Source: Podarcis cretensis (taxonomy: Eukaryota). Taken from it: 64,000 nucleotides of DNA. The translations under genes were made by a program, and so were the position numbers. The notes under the pieces are model-generated. The model was not told where the DNA came from. It ran no database searches and saw only the letters and a program-made list of their open reading frames with translations. The stretch lies in assembly GCA_951804945.1 (NCBI GenBank), contig OX638150.1:73222001-73286000 (forward strand). The letters run 5' to 3'. Shown one piece after another: positions 13,017 to 26,308 of this stretch. Every line of letters starts with the position of its first letter. Positions within the stretch are counted from its first letter, which is position 1.

Positions 13017-14582
13017 TTGAGTGTGTGTGTGTGCGCGCTGGATATCAGAGCAAAACTAGCAAATTCTATGGGAGTAACATCCACATATTGGACTCCAATT
13101 TCATATTGATCGAAGGCTCAGGTGCGTGTCAAGAATTAATCAATTCTTAATTGTACAAGTTCATGTAAAATGAGGAAGGGATGAAATGCTATCATAAGTT
13201 AATTTTGTGTTGGGATAAATCCATTAAGGTCTGTAAGATGCTCAGATGCTGAGAACCATTCTAAACACCTTGGAGAGGGGGTTTAGAATTAAGATGCTGT
13301 CCCAGATACCTAGTCAGAATTTATTGCAGTGCTGATCTTGTGTACATTTAAGTACCACTGTACCATTCTCTTTGCTGGCAGGGTCTAGAATCCACATATT
13401 TTTCTATTATCTGTTCTTCTGAAAGGCCAATCAAATGAGATAATCCTTTGCTTCGGGTCAATATATCTTCAGGGAAGTTCCCCCCCCTCCCCAAGTCCTG
13501 CAAGGGTCATCCTGCTAATCAGTCATTTTAGCAACTGATCTGGACAGTTCCACCAATTCCTGCTGTGTTGTATTGATTTGGGTCTGTCTCATAATCCCCA
13601 GCTGTGAGTTTCATTCGCCCAAGCAGCATGGCCCCAGTTTGTACAAAGTGTCTCTGGAGGTTTAATTGGCTTACAGAGGGAGTCTTAATTTTGTGTTCTC
13701 TTGTCCTGGATAAAAAGAACAGAGTAAACAAAACTCTGGCTACTACAGCTCAGCTCCGTCTTAGTCTCAAATTGGTAACTCCCATCACTCTCTACACCTT
13801 TACAAAGGATACTAACATCAGTCATAAAGAGACAGCAGAGAGTTTCACAGTCCTTTGAAAACCTACAGCATGATTCCCCCCCCCCCACCACCTGCCCTGC
13901 TTCTCTTGGGTATCAAGGCTACAAATAGAAGAACAATGCTGGGTGATGCAGTTACCTGCCCTCCTTCGAAGTTCCTTCCAAGAAGGCTTAGCTTGCACTC
14001 AGGATCGAGGGGAGGGGGGGGAGGAAATATCAGAACCGGAAAGAACTTTTGACCATGTCAGACTGGTTAGTGGACTTTAGAGAGAATCTTCCTGTCTGGC
14101 ATGTTAACTATAGAGTCACATATTCTTTTTGAAATGGTTAGAAATCAAATATGTTTTGCTTCATACTATTTTATTGTTGTAATTATGCAGTATGAGTCAA
14201 TATATATTATTTTGCTCTTAATTTGTATTGTGTTTTTATTTCTGCGCTAATTAGTGGATCGGGCAGTTGTAATTTAATACTAATTTTATTAATATGTGAT
14301 GTTTTGATGGTCTTATTGAAATGTTATTTCTATTCTTCTATTTTGCTGATATGTTTTCACTTGTTTGTTTATTGTTTTAGAATATTGATGCAATATTTTA
14401 TTATGTCTTATTAGTTTATTGTAAGCTGCTTTGAGTTTACAAAGGAAAAAATGGCATGCAACTAAACATAATGAGGGTAGCATGTAGCTTGGCTGGCTTG
14501 CTTAAGTCACCTAAACCGTTGCTTTAGAATCACTTTCTGGGATGCATGTACACTTTCTTGCAGTTTGGGTTATGGACACAGT

Positions 14583-14841
14583 GGGTGGCGTTCAACTGAG
14601 TTTTACTCAAGAGTTGTTCTTGGCAAATGTCTGTCCCACAGGACAATGGAGTGTGCCTCTGGGAGTGAAGTCAAACCACTGTGTTAGCAGCACCAAAGTG
14701 GGGCAGCACCCTGGGGCACAAGCCTGGGCAGTGTGTTTGGAGGTTTACTCAGAGCAGAAACACTGAAATGAATAAACATGACTAAGTTAGGCCAATTATT
14801 TTAATGGATTTACTCTGAGTAAAACTTGGTTGAAAAATACC
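14583..14841. mobile_element. Palindromic MITE
   Basis: TTCAACTGAGTTTTACTCAAGAGT vs ACTCTGAGTAAAACTTGGTTGAA are imperfect inverted termini. Confidence 0.55.
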
Positions 14842-14846
14842 TATTA

Positions 14847-15080
14847 CAGTGGTACCTCTGGTTACATACTTAATTCGTTCTGGAGGTCTGTTCTTAACCT
14901 GAAAATGTTCTTAACCTGAAGCACCACTTTACCTAATGGGGCCTCCCGCTGCCGCTGCCGTGCAATTTCTGTTCTCATCCTGAAGCAAAGTTCTTAACCC
15001 GATGTACTATTTCTGGGTTAGCGGAGACTGTAACCTGAAGCGTATGTAACCTGAAGCGTATGTAACCCGAGGTACCACTG
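14847..15080 (+). mobile_element. Tc1/mariner (Tigger/pogo-like) MITE
   Basis: TIRs CAGTGGTACCTC.GGTTACATAC / GTATGTAACCCGAGGTACCACTG; TA TSD on both sides; two more copies in the window. Confidence 0.92.
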
Positions 15081-17735
15081 TAATTTACTCTGGATTTTTT
15101 TTTATTTTTTAAAAAATTCCCCCAACTCTCTCTCTCTGTGTAAAACTGTTACATTAATTGTTATAACGATATTAAAGGCATGGAAATGTGAGATTTCAGA
15201 TTATTTGAAAGGCACTTCGCTTTTCCAAACAGGATTTTCTTTTTTGTGGTATTAGTTTATGATTTTAATTGTACATTGTATTTATTTTTATTGTGATATT
15301 TTTGTAACCTATCCTGGGGCTGTTTGGTGGAAGGCTATAGCTGCAAATATTAAGTGGACAAAATAAAATTTGTATAGAATTTTACTTTGTGTGAAACACA
15401 GTAAGGAAAAACTCACCGAGAAACACTGCCAGTCTTAACTTGTTTTGCTTTCCTCAGAATCCCTATCCAAGTAGGCTATCAAGGATTTCCTACAAAAAGC
15501 ATGGTATATAATGCATATGAAAAAGCTGACTATGCGTAACCAGCTCTGAGATGTTGCTTTTTCTCTCTGAGATGATACAGGATGCATCTACTATATCTGA
15601 AATCTGTCACACTTCCACCATAATGTTTCTAGTACTTCCAAGGATATAGTATTTATTTTTGCATGCTGTATGTATCTGTGTTTTGGTCAGTGCAAATTTT
15701 ATATATTTAGACATGCAGCTGAGCTAAAGTTATTTGTGACTAACTTCCACTGAAATGTAAAAGCCACGACTGATGTCCCACTCTTTCCAATGAGATTCCC
15801 CATTTGACAAATTTTATATGAACTGGGGCCATATTATTTCACTTTTTTAAATTATTAATTTTTACATTAATACATTAAATTAAATATAGCACTCTCATAT
15901 CCAAATATGTGCTTCACAATTAACATAAACCTACAGACCTGAATTTGTATCCATTCACCAAAACAGTCTGTTTAACTTTAACCAGCCTATGGAGCTAACT
16001 TTCATGTCTGGATGTCAGGACTGAAATGAAGATGGACATCCAGCACATTGAGGATCTCGCCTGGCCCACTCCTCAGTCAGCAGAGACATCTGATGGGTTC
16101 TGGCATGCCTGCAAGGCATAACCTGGCTTCCTCCCAACCAAGCCTTTTTTTACTTTCACAGGAATTGATTGTGAAAAGGTAAATACGGAGGTGTTTGCCT
16201 CCTAGATAATAGTTATGCCCCCTGGGACTGAATAAGGAGCAGGGCAGAATTTAGCGTATGGCAGCGTATTCGCTATGCAAGACGCTTTGCAAAATTATGT
16301 GTTTGATAGTGATATACTGCGTGGGCAAACAATGCGGCTGCTATTTGCACAGCTGTAACTCTCATGTTGCCTCAGGCATTAAAAGCTTTACAAATAAAAA
16401 AGGGAGGGTGAAACAAAGTGGCAACTGGCCCCCAAATGCTGATAAACGTGACATGACACACAGCATTTCAGTGAGAGAGTCACTGACTCATGGCAGGAGT
16501 GACTGAAAGCAGTTATCACATGGCCTCTGGGAAATCAATGGTTGTTCCAAAGTCTTTGCCCAAGTGCTAGGAAATGACACACACACACACTCTTAATTGT
16601 TTGATAGCTTTGAATTATATGCAAAGGTCAAAACTCCATAAATGGTCCATGGGACTGAAGTCTGGACATAAGAAAGGGTGCAAAGGGCATTACAATAATC
16701 TCTTGAAATGCTCAGTCTTTAGTTTGATCAGTTGATGGGAGAAATTGACATCTGCTGTGCACAATTTCCAGAGGGACAGCTGCACAGAGAGGTGAAGTAC
16801 TCATATATTCTAGGCAGAGTAAGTAAAAAGAATGGTGGCAAGTGGCACCAAGGGATCTGATCCTTGTGTCAAGTGCCCTGTGATATTAACAGAATTAGGC
16901 AGTCATGTAAAGACTGGTTTCAAAGTAGCGGGAAAATGTATAATATGAAGCAGGGAACCTAAAAAAAACCCTGTCCCTAAGGAACTTCACATAGGCAGCA
17001 AATGATGCTGTGGCAACACAGGGAGCAAAGCTGTCCTAAGGGATGCTTCTCAGTCTACATGGCTTTTATTACCTGAATGCCGTGTACATGTACTTCATAT
17101 TGGTTGAAAGAGGATAGAAAAGTAACCCCAATTCCTTTTCTTTCACTGAGGAAAGTGGTAATTTAAAATTGCCTATGATATATCAACAATGAGGCATGTG
17201 TAAGATGTGTAAGTTATAAAGCGAGCTGTCTTTCAACCTTAGTCCCTGGGCCACATGGACCTTCTTTGTTGTTTTGAAGCTTCCAGCTCTTATGAAAGCT
17301 GAAATTTCAGTATATCAAAACCAAACTGAACATTACAGGTTCTGATGTCTTTTACAAGGGTGATTTTGAGAGTGGGGAAACAGCTGGGAAGATTTAACAA
17401 TCCCCTTCTGACTTGTCCTTCTTCTGCTTCTGATTGCAACCTCAATTACTCCCCCCCAAGAGAATTTAGAAAAAAGTTACTTAAAACTCCATATATGGTA
17501 TGGTTGTTTATAGGTTCAGAACATTTCATGCAAATTGAATGCTAAAAAGCAACTGTCTGTCATGACCCTGGAGTCCTGCAGTGACTTGGATGCAGAGTAA
17601 GAGGCTACAGTGCTGCCCAGCTAAGGAGCCAGGCTGGCTTCCTGGCTCTGAAACGGATGCTTGTGATTAGGTACCACTGAACCTGAAGCTTGCAGGCAGG
17701 AGCACAACAAAGCAGGTGTCACAGCACCAGGGCCC

Positions 17736-18048
17736 TGTTGGTTTCTGCTTCCTTCACTGTGCAGCGAAAGTGCTTGTCACGAGACAGGTGTTTACATTCC
17801 ACAGTCTGTGCTGTTGGGTTTTCTCACGGGAAAGGAGACTGGATGTGACGTACACTGGTTTCCTGTTTTTCACTGTTCTCACAGAGTTCTCTCCGTGCTT
17901 TAGAGGAGAGAGGATGCTTTCTCTGCTCCGGCAGAGGCAAGATGTTTTTCTGTAATCTACCAGCTTTGAAGTGTAAATAAAGTAATATAGAGTATGTGGC
18001 ACGTACTCCTCATCATTCCGCTGTGCTCGGAACTCTGCAAAATCAACA
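17736..18048 (+). mobile_element. Solo LTR, 313 bp
   Basis: TG...CA with inverted termini TGTTGGTTT / AAATCAACA; perfect 5-bp TSD GGCCC (17731-17735, 18049-18053); AATAAA at 17976-17981; CpGs retained. Confidence 0.85.
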
Positions 18049-18305
18049 GGCCCAAAGAGCTAGAGGCAGGACCCTCATCAACACCTTCCCCTGGATCTGA
18101 GCAAACAGAATGCCTCCCACAGCACCTTGCCAAACTAGTGGTGTAGGGAGTGCACTGGATTGGAGGACATGGAAGGCAGGAGAAGCACCTGTCTTCAGAC
18201 CAGATGGTCAAGCTTTTAAGAGACTAAGGTAGTTCTAGGTGGAACCTAGATAGACTGATCATTCAAAATGACCAGCTTGCTCCCAACTCTTGTGGGTGCA
18301 AGTTG

Positions 18306-18326
18306 TGAGCTGTCCATGGTGCTAGT
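18306..18326 (-). promoter_or_regulatory. RE1/NRSE (REST-binding)-like site
   Basis: Minus strand ACTAGCACCATGGACAGCTCA: one mismatch to NTYAGMRCCNNRGMSAG with canonical 2-bp spacing. Confidence 0.55.
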
Positions 18327-21300
18327 TTCTTTGGAAACACATTTAACTTTTGTGTCTGGCTTTGCATTACATAGGTCTACTGATCAGCAAGCAAGCAAAG
18401 TTTTTCTACGCTGAATGTAATTTCTTCTGTAATGATTACAAACATTAGGACCTGCACAATTTTTTCAGTCAGCTGAATGTCCCCTTTCTGTGGTTAGAGT
18501 TTTCAGTTCTCGAAGTTCCATTTTAAAATATTAGTTGTTTATCTGCCCTATTTTATCACATTGTGTTAAATTTTGTACATCACAGCTGAGGAATGCAGAC
18601 TTTAGGTCATTGTTTCTGTCAGTTTTGCCAGAGACTTCAGGAGTGTGGTTGAGCTCCACTGACTACTCTTCATAATGCTCTCTTCAAATGTATGTCTTGA
18701 GAGAGTCAATTTATTCTCAATTGTATTTGTTTGCTGCAGAAGTTCCAATTCTGTTTAATAATCTGCTTCATGTGTTGCAGTTCACAAGACGCATTTCATA
18801 GATTTGCTCTCAGTCTTTGAAAACTTATAGAGAACATCTAAGGAATTTGTTTGCCTCTGATGTTTTCACTTTAAACTGTTTACTCAGGCTGCACAATGCC
18901 AAGTTTGAACAGTAATGGCTATCTTTCCTAGAAGTTATACTGGCCACCACTGAAACAAATCCAAATTTGCCATCAGCTAACTATGCAGTAATGTTTAATG
19001 TTTCATAACCCATTTTGGCTCAGATCCAAAGCCTTGCCTCAGAAAATCTGAAGCTTAGTGCAATCCCATTGATTTATAATGGAGGTATCAGGATACTTTT
19101 TGATAGAAATGGAATACATTTTCAGTCCCTTCCAAATTACACTTACCATATTTCAGAGTTATAGGTGCAGGGGTTTTGTGTTAGGTAAATTTTAAAAAAT
19201 ATATTTTTAAAGGGGAGGTGCCTATTGATTTATTGGGGAACTGGATGAATATTGTAGGCCTAGTACCCTCTTGAGAGGGAGTAAAGGCTGACAGATTTTG
19301 GACAGATAGGTAGAGAGGTTTGTGCAAGGGGGAATCTTAAAGCTGAAGATGTAAAAAGGGATTTTTTTTACACCCCATTAGGTTCCAGAATTTTTTTATA
19401 AAACTATCATGCACTGTAGAGGTTCCTAAAGGTACATACCATTTAATATTTCAGATGGTTAGGCACGGGGTAAGAGAGGTATAGTGAATAAAAAATAGTT
19501 TGCTGTTTTGTTTTTCTTTTTGCTCAGTTTGCAAGACCTAAATAAGTTGAGTTACTTCTACAACCTTTTCAATATGCTCTTATTCCCTGGTTGGCAGCTA
19601 GAGCTGTCAGTCAGTAAACGACACCACTTTTTTCTTCCCCTATTCTTCCTTGTACTTATAGGAAGAGCTTGGTGAAATATAATGACTTACAGACAGTCTG
19701 AATCTCTGAAGTATCCCTGAGGTTTCGGGAGCTGCCCAATTTGGTTTGAAACAACTTGGAGACCACCTGCTTTGCTTCAAATTTCTCTGCACTGACCCCA
19801 ATTCAGCCCAGGGTTCTGAATTCATCCAAACTAGTTGAGACAGACAGAATGAAGGGGTGTTCTTTTAGGCTGATAAACCAGAGAGCATAGTAAGGAGGAA
19901 ATGAAAGGCTGAATGGCAAAGCAGCAAGAACAGAGGAGGTAAGACTTGGAGGTTGGGCATTCAGGAAAAGAAGCATCAGCAGGAGTGGAGCAAGACAAGT
20001 GTGGGAAGGTCAAACAGGATGTGAGGCTCCATTAAGAGTCTGCTAAAGCTAGTAGCTGGATGACTTACCCAGAAACATGAACTGAAACCTAATTTGATGA
20101 GCTACTAAGGACCAGCCTAGATGTCATGAGGTATATACTCATGCACATGCCAGCCCCATATAGAAGGAGGATGGGGGAATCTACTCCTTTTCTGAAAAGA
20201 AGTACAATGGGACAGATGAGCAAAAACTCCTCCCTCCCCTGTTTTGCTCTCCCTTCCCCTTTGCACTTAAGAAATGTCTTCCTTGTTCAGCTCATGTGGT
20301 ACTGGAGACATCTCTGGGGGAAAGGGTTTAAAGTGCAGAAAGTTAAGGTGGGGCAGGAGGCAGATTTCATTCCCCTCCCTAGCATCCTGAGGGACCTGCC
20401 CAGGTCCTGATAACACAGACAGCTTGGCTAGGAGCTTGGCTTGCTTCATAGTCAAGTAGGTAACGTGAAGGTTCCCTTTTTTGTAGATCCTTTAGCAAAA
20501 GGATCAGTCAGGGTGTGAGTTGTGATTGCCAGTGAGGTTGAAGCCCCCCTCATCAAGGTGGGTATCTGGTTGAACACTGGAGGACCAAATTTCAGTGTCT
20601 GAGATATGCAGATGCAGCAGATGCACAATACCATGTAATACAAATCTGTTTCTAGCAGAATATGATAACATTCAAAGCTAGGCTGGTCTGTTGCCTGACA
20701 TGTCACAGTACTTTGGCTAATGGAAATTTGAGCACTGCATGAGTGAGGTCTAAAATCATCCTGCCTCTCCCACAAACTCATGCCTAATATTTCCTTTCTG
20801 CTGCATTCAACAACATGAAATGCAAAATGTATTACCGCACACAGGTGGAAACAGCTGGCATAATCCACTTTGGCATCTCTCTCCCCACCCCCCAAAAAGC
20901 AATTTTCTCTTTCTGCCTCTCTGACAGAGCTGGAGAAATATTTAAGTGACCCATCAACAGGCTTTTTCTTCCCTTGGAGAGGACATTTTATCTGATCTTG
21001 CATTCCTGTCTACTTTTTCTTTTGATAGAGCCTTTCTCTACCTGCATCAGCTTAAGACTTGCTAAGATGAAAACTGGGTAATTCCCTTTATGGAGCTCTC
21101 TTCTCCATATTATGCAACACATCTTGTCTTAGCCGTCTGCCAATAAAGCAAAGGGTTCTATTCAAAGTCAGCCCAATTTGTCTGGGTTCACACTGCTATA
21201 GAAGAAAGCCAGCAATCTTCCCTGCAGAAGACTGAGGCCCTATGTTGTGTAGGCAGCAAAGATTGCTACTGCTAACAACTGTTCTGAAAATTCAATAGTG

Positions 21301-22012
21301 CATGCAAATAATTTATGAGAAACAAGATTTTTTTAAAAGGCAGAAGAAAGAAAAGCAGCGTTATACTCCCAAGTGACAAACGTCCTATGTAGCATAGAGA
21401 CAGCAGAAAAAGCTGGATGGGTGGGGAATTGTGGGGTTCATCTCACACCACTTACAGTAGATCTTGTTCACAGATGCAGGTTCATCCCTGAATGACTGTA
21501 AGCACTATCAAGTGACAACATGAACATGTGAATGGAGCATCACAGATAAAACACTACAGACAGAACTTTCAGATTCAACGAAAAGAATAATGTTTTTCAA
21601 AGGATCAAGTTCACACATCCAGCGGTGAGTCATTGAAACAGAGAGAGACAGAGAGACAGAGAGAGAAATGCATATGTAGGTGTGGACGAGTTTTTGAAAA
21701 TAATCATATTTAGAGATTAATCTCCATAAAACAGTAATTTTAAAAGGAACCAGGTCTTTTATAGATAGCAGACAGACAGGCAGATCTCATTTTGCCCTTT
21801 GCATAAAACTGTTCTTATGGCCAGAAATGTGGAGCCTCCCAGACCATATTATTATGCCAATAACATTATAAAGTAGATTTTTCTGTTGTATCAAAAGGAG
21901 AAAGAAAAGCCCCTTCCCTGATGGTATTTCATTTTCTGTTAAAAGTGGTTCCAAAGACGTGTGTGTGTGCTTTTTCATGCTGAATGGTTTTTCTTGTTTT
22001 ACTTTCTTTCAG

Positions 22013-22029
22013 AATGGTTCTACAGCAAG
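22013..22029 (+). other. Candidate 17-nt microexon AATGGTTCTACAGCAAG
   Basis: Long polypyrimidine tract TTTTTCTTGTTTTACTTTCTTTCAG upstream; donor AAG|GTTGGT downstream; open in all frames. Confidence 0.35.
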
Positions 22030-23784
22030 GTTGGTGCTTTAACACAGAAATTTGCAGTGCGCTCTCACAGGATAATGAAAGCTGACATTATATCAAACAC
22101 AATAAAGAGTCTCAGTTGATGAAGATCATTCCTGAACACACAAACCTATTAAACCGAAGAAAAAATATCAATTCTACACACTCGCCAGCCAAAAGAAAAT
22201 GTGATTTGTTATCTAAAAGGGAGTTATAAACACAGCTTCAATACACTTTTTGTGCTGTAATGAAAACTGGGTTTGAAATGGCAAGATGATTGCAAATTAG
22301 AACATTTGGTTTTATTTTCTAGCTTTTTAGGTAAACCTTCCACAAGGGCAAGTAGAAGGTTAAAGAGACGATCTTTCTGTTCTATGCCGATAAGTGGGCT
22401 CCGTAATTAAGGGAGAATAAAAAATGGAATGGGGTGCTGAGCTGCATTTGCCCTTCTTAACATGCTTTGAACACAAAGGACAGACTTCAGTAATGCAGCT
22501 CTGAAAATAACGAGATGATAGGCATCATGTGTATACATAAATTATTGTATATACCACATACGCCCAATATATATGGTGTGCATATCTTCCAGGCATTTTA
22601 TGAAAATGACAACCTTTTGCAGCTGCTGTATATATTGGGACAAGACAACACTGAAAATTAAACCAAAAATGTTATTCCCAACCCCACACCACTTCAGAAC
22701 TAGAACAGACCCTGAACCATCATTTGAAGATCTCTGCTAAACCTGAACTGTACCCATATCCCTAAAGAAAACACCAAAATAATACCATAATTATTAGGTA
22801 ACCTGTTAGCATTAGCCTTTGGCTAATATAGTGATGGGAAGGGATGCACATTGATCACAGCATGAATTAATCATCAGTGTTCTCATATGTGTGGAGTTTA
22901 TCTACACTTCTATTCTTTGTTATCTTGAAGGTCTGGGGTACCAGAGACAGGAAAGAGGGCTGGAATACACTGCCGTGCAGCCTGTAAAAGCAGGAATTGT
23001 TTGTTGCATTTGTGCAAAATGATGATACCATCAAGTAAACATTATTGGCTGTTTTAGGGGCTGACGGGAGTTGGAGCCAAGCAATTTCCAGAGGGCACCA
23101 CATTGGCAGACACATTTAATTGTTGTTAAAAAACAACAACATAATCACTCAGTAGAACCCATGATTTGACCTGATATATAGATGCTGCTGAGGATGAAGA
23201 ACATATAGGACAAATGTTATCTTTTAGTAATTTCATGAAGTTGAACTTCAATATTCATTGCAAGGTGGAATTCAGTTCTAAATGTACTCTACTCTCTGGG
23301 GCCACCAATACAGAGTGGGTTCTAAAGAAACTGGTGGGATGCCCCCAGTCGGTCACTCAGTTAAGGAAAACTGCAATTGTTCAGTCAATGATGGTCAAGC
23401 TGGCAATCCTGCATGCCTCTCCCGTCCAATATCTTTCGCTGAGCCCAAGATGGTGGTGGTACATTGCCCCATGGTTTGAGAAACACCACCACAAAAGGAA
23501 ATTGGAGCACAATTGCTCCTACAAAACTCTCTGACAAACTTCATCCAAATGAATAAAATGAGAGAGATAATAAAAGTAACACTACAATGGGCAGGATTCA
23601 CCTATCAAGTCCTTCCTCCTGCCCCCATGCTCCCCCAAAATGGCTCAGGGCAAGCGTGCTGCCTTGCCCCCATGATTGAGGAGGCCAGGGCTGGGGCAGC
23701 ACCACATCAGCACACCATGTGTGCACACCCTGCTGCGTGCAGACATCACTTGTGCATGCTATGGGGCATGCTGATGTCACTCTA

Positions 23785-23881
23785 CAAAGAACGGTAGGGT
23801 TGGAATGGGCCTCAAGGCAACCCCTCCAATGCAAGAATCACAACTAAATAATCCCTGACGGATGGCCATCCAATCTCTGCT
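23785..23881 (-). mobile_element. CR1 3' UTR fragment
   Basis: GTAGGGTTGGAA...TGCAAGAATCACAACTAAAT..CCCTGACGGATGGCCATCCAATCT is the reverse complement of the tail seen at 25800-25917. Confidence 0.65.
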
Positions 23882-24789
23882 GCTTTATATTTTTATGCCC
23901 TCTGATATAAATTTTTAGTTTTAATGATGCTTAAAAATCAAGGCACCCAAGGTACAGGTGGCAAAATGCATACGCAAACACAAATTCTGAAAAGTTGTGA
24001 TACAAGTATATAGTGAAAATTCCATGGGGAAAGAGAGGGATAGATACCTCACAGAACACCATATCTGCCACAGCTTTTAATGCAGAGTAACTTGACAACA
24101 AGGATCTCTAGCTTTATAAGGACTGACTAAAGATGGCTAGAAATATATCAAGCTCCTCTTGTCAGAGAAGGAACAATTCGCCACTTCCAAATGGAAGCAC
24201 TCATGAAAAACTATGATTGCTTTGAGTTTCCACCAGGCCTCAGGGATGATGAGGTCTGAAAGTCCCAGGGGGTTAGCAGGTAGCTAGGACATCTTCTGCA
24301 TTCAACACTTACAAGGAAATGAAGCTGCTTAAGGGGATCTGCCAATTTTCATGTCAGACTCAAGGAAAAAAACTCCCCTCTGTCTTTGCTTTAGGGATGT
24401 TCAAATATCTTTTTCCTAAATTACCACTGTTATTGAAAGAAAGTAGTCTGACATTTCTGAGACTGTTCAAACTTTTCGATCTGTTAAAGCTTCAACCTTT
24501 TTATCACTTTTCACAAAATCACATTCAGAATGGAGTTCAGGTCTGGGTGTAGCTTTAGTCAAGACCATGCACAATCATTTATGTAAGATTCCCTAGGTAC
24601 TTCTGTTGATAACTGTCCTGGTAAAATTCCAGTTTGTCTAATTATAGTGCCAACCTAATTTCTCCCAGCAGTATCAGATGGATGAGATGCAATTTGTCAC
24701 TTCATCTCCTGGACTGTTGTGTGATGTATTGTTTAACAGTTGCTGTGTTCCATTATAGGGGAAAGGGATTCCTCCTTGCAGAGCGAATG

Positions 24790-25917
24790 TGAGTAGAAAG
24801 AATGTGAATGTGCTGAGGATATAGTATATCTTGATTTCAGAAAGGCTTTTGACAAATTCCTCCATGATATCCTTGCAGACAAGCTGGTAAAATATGGGTT
24901 GGACAGGGCAACTGTTAGGTGGATTTGTAGCTGGTTGGCTGACCCAATCCAAAGAATGCTCACTAATAATTCCTCATCATCCTGGTAAAAAGGGACAAGT
25001 GGGGGTGCCACAAGCTTCTGTCCTGGGTCCTTTGTTGTTCAACATCTTTATAAATACCTTGGAGGAAGTTGTAGAGGGGATGCTCATCAAATTTGCAAAT
25101 GACACCAAACTGGGAGGGGTAGCCAATGCCTCTGAAGACAGATTCAGGATTCAATATGACCTTGACACATTGGAGAAAAACCAGCTGCACAAATATATGA
25201 TGGGGGTTACCTGGATTGTCAGTAGTACATGTGAAAAGGATTGAGGGGGTCTTAGTAGGCCACAAACCTAACATGAGTCAGCAGTGTGGTGCAGCAGCAA
25301 AAAAAAAGGCTAATGCTATTCTAGGCTGCATCAAAAGAAGTATAGTGTTTCTATCAAGAGAAGTAATAATCCCACTCTATTCTGCTTTGGTCAGGCCATG
25401 CCTGGAGTACTGTGTCCACTTATGGGCACCACAATTCAAGAAGGACATTGAAAAGCTAGAATGTGTGCAGAGGAGGGCAACCATGATGATCAAGGGTCTG
25501 GAAGCCAAGCCATATTACGAGGAATGGGTGAGGGAATTGGGTATGTTTATCCTGGAAAAGAGGAGACTGATTATAGAGGAGAAAATAGACATCTTCAAAT
25601 ATCTAAAGGAAGGCCTGTCACATGGAAGATGGAGCACGCTTGTTTTCTCCTGCTCCAGAGGCTAGGATCTGAACCAATGGCTTCAAGTTACAAGAAAGGA
25701 GATTAAACATCAGGAATAACATTCTGACATTAAAAGCTGCTTGATAGTGGAACAGACTCCCATGAGAAGTGGTGAGCACTCTTTCCTTGGAGGTTTTTAT
25801 GGACAGATTGGATGACCATCTGTCATGTATGATCTAGTTGAGATTCCTGCATTGCAGGAAATTGGACTAGATGACCCTTGTGATCCCTTCAAACTCCACA
25901 ATTCTGTGATTCTACGA
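24790..25917 (+). mobile_element. 5'-truncated CR1 LINE: decayed RT C-terminal half plus 3' UTR
   Basis: Peptides YLDFRKAFD, GVPQASVLGPLLFNIFIN, IKFANDTKLGG, ANAILGCIKR, PLYSALVRPCLEYCV, KLECVQRRAT; frameshifts and stops; terminal ATTCTGTGATTCTA CR1 repeat. Confidence 0.95.
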
Positions 25918-26091
25918 AAAACCTCAAGACTGCAGGTTTAATACCCATCTCATTCTCTGCCTCCTCTAAACTACATAGCTATTGCTTGTGGAACTGAAGC
26001 TCTGATCCTATACACCCTTACTTGGGAGTAAATCCCATTGAATGAAATGGAATTTTCTTCTGAATAAGCAGAATAAGTGATTGGTTTCTTC

Positions 26092-26092
<1 letters not shown>

Positions 26093-26131
<39 letters not shown>

Positions 26132-26220
26132 TACCTGCCCTTTATTCTAAGGTTCCAGGGTGGGTTACAACAATAAAAACGCAACGTTAAAAACAGTTTA
26201 AAACAACTTGCAATCACAAA
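26093..26220 (-). mobile_element. (ATT)n microsatellite as tail of an L2-type 3' fragment
   Basis: About 12 ATT units (26093-26130) followed by TTACCTGCCCTTT..CAGGGTGGGTTACAACAATAAAA. Confidence 0.6.
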
Positions 26221-26308
26221 ACAACGGTGTTGTTCTGATTCTCTGAAATCCCTTCCCACATATTATGTCCAACCATTACCTACTGGAACGTTAAGTTGTG
26301 GTCTAGAG

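Larger units (their letters stand above)
17558..18340. mobile_element. Possible older LTR-like element interrupted by the 17736-18048 solo LTR
   Basis: Starts TGTCATGACC, a common LTR start; similar composition continues after the nested insertion; right end not resolved. Confidence 0.3.

Noticed and set aside
13259-13280. RE1-like TAAACACCTTGGAGAG
   Set aside because: Two mismatches in the critical left half-site.
20452-21003. Longest ORF (183 aa, minus strand)
   Set aside because: No recognisable domain or splice context; length is compatible with chance in 64 kb.
24894-25706. RT-like ORFs as a functional gene
   Set aside because: 5'-truncated, frameshifted and internally deleted; the catalytic FADD motif reads FAND. 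This is a dead CR1.
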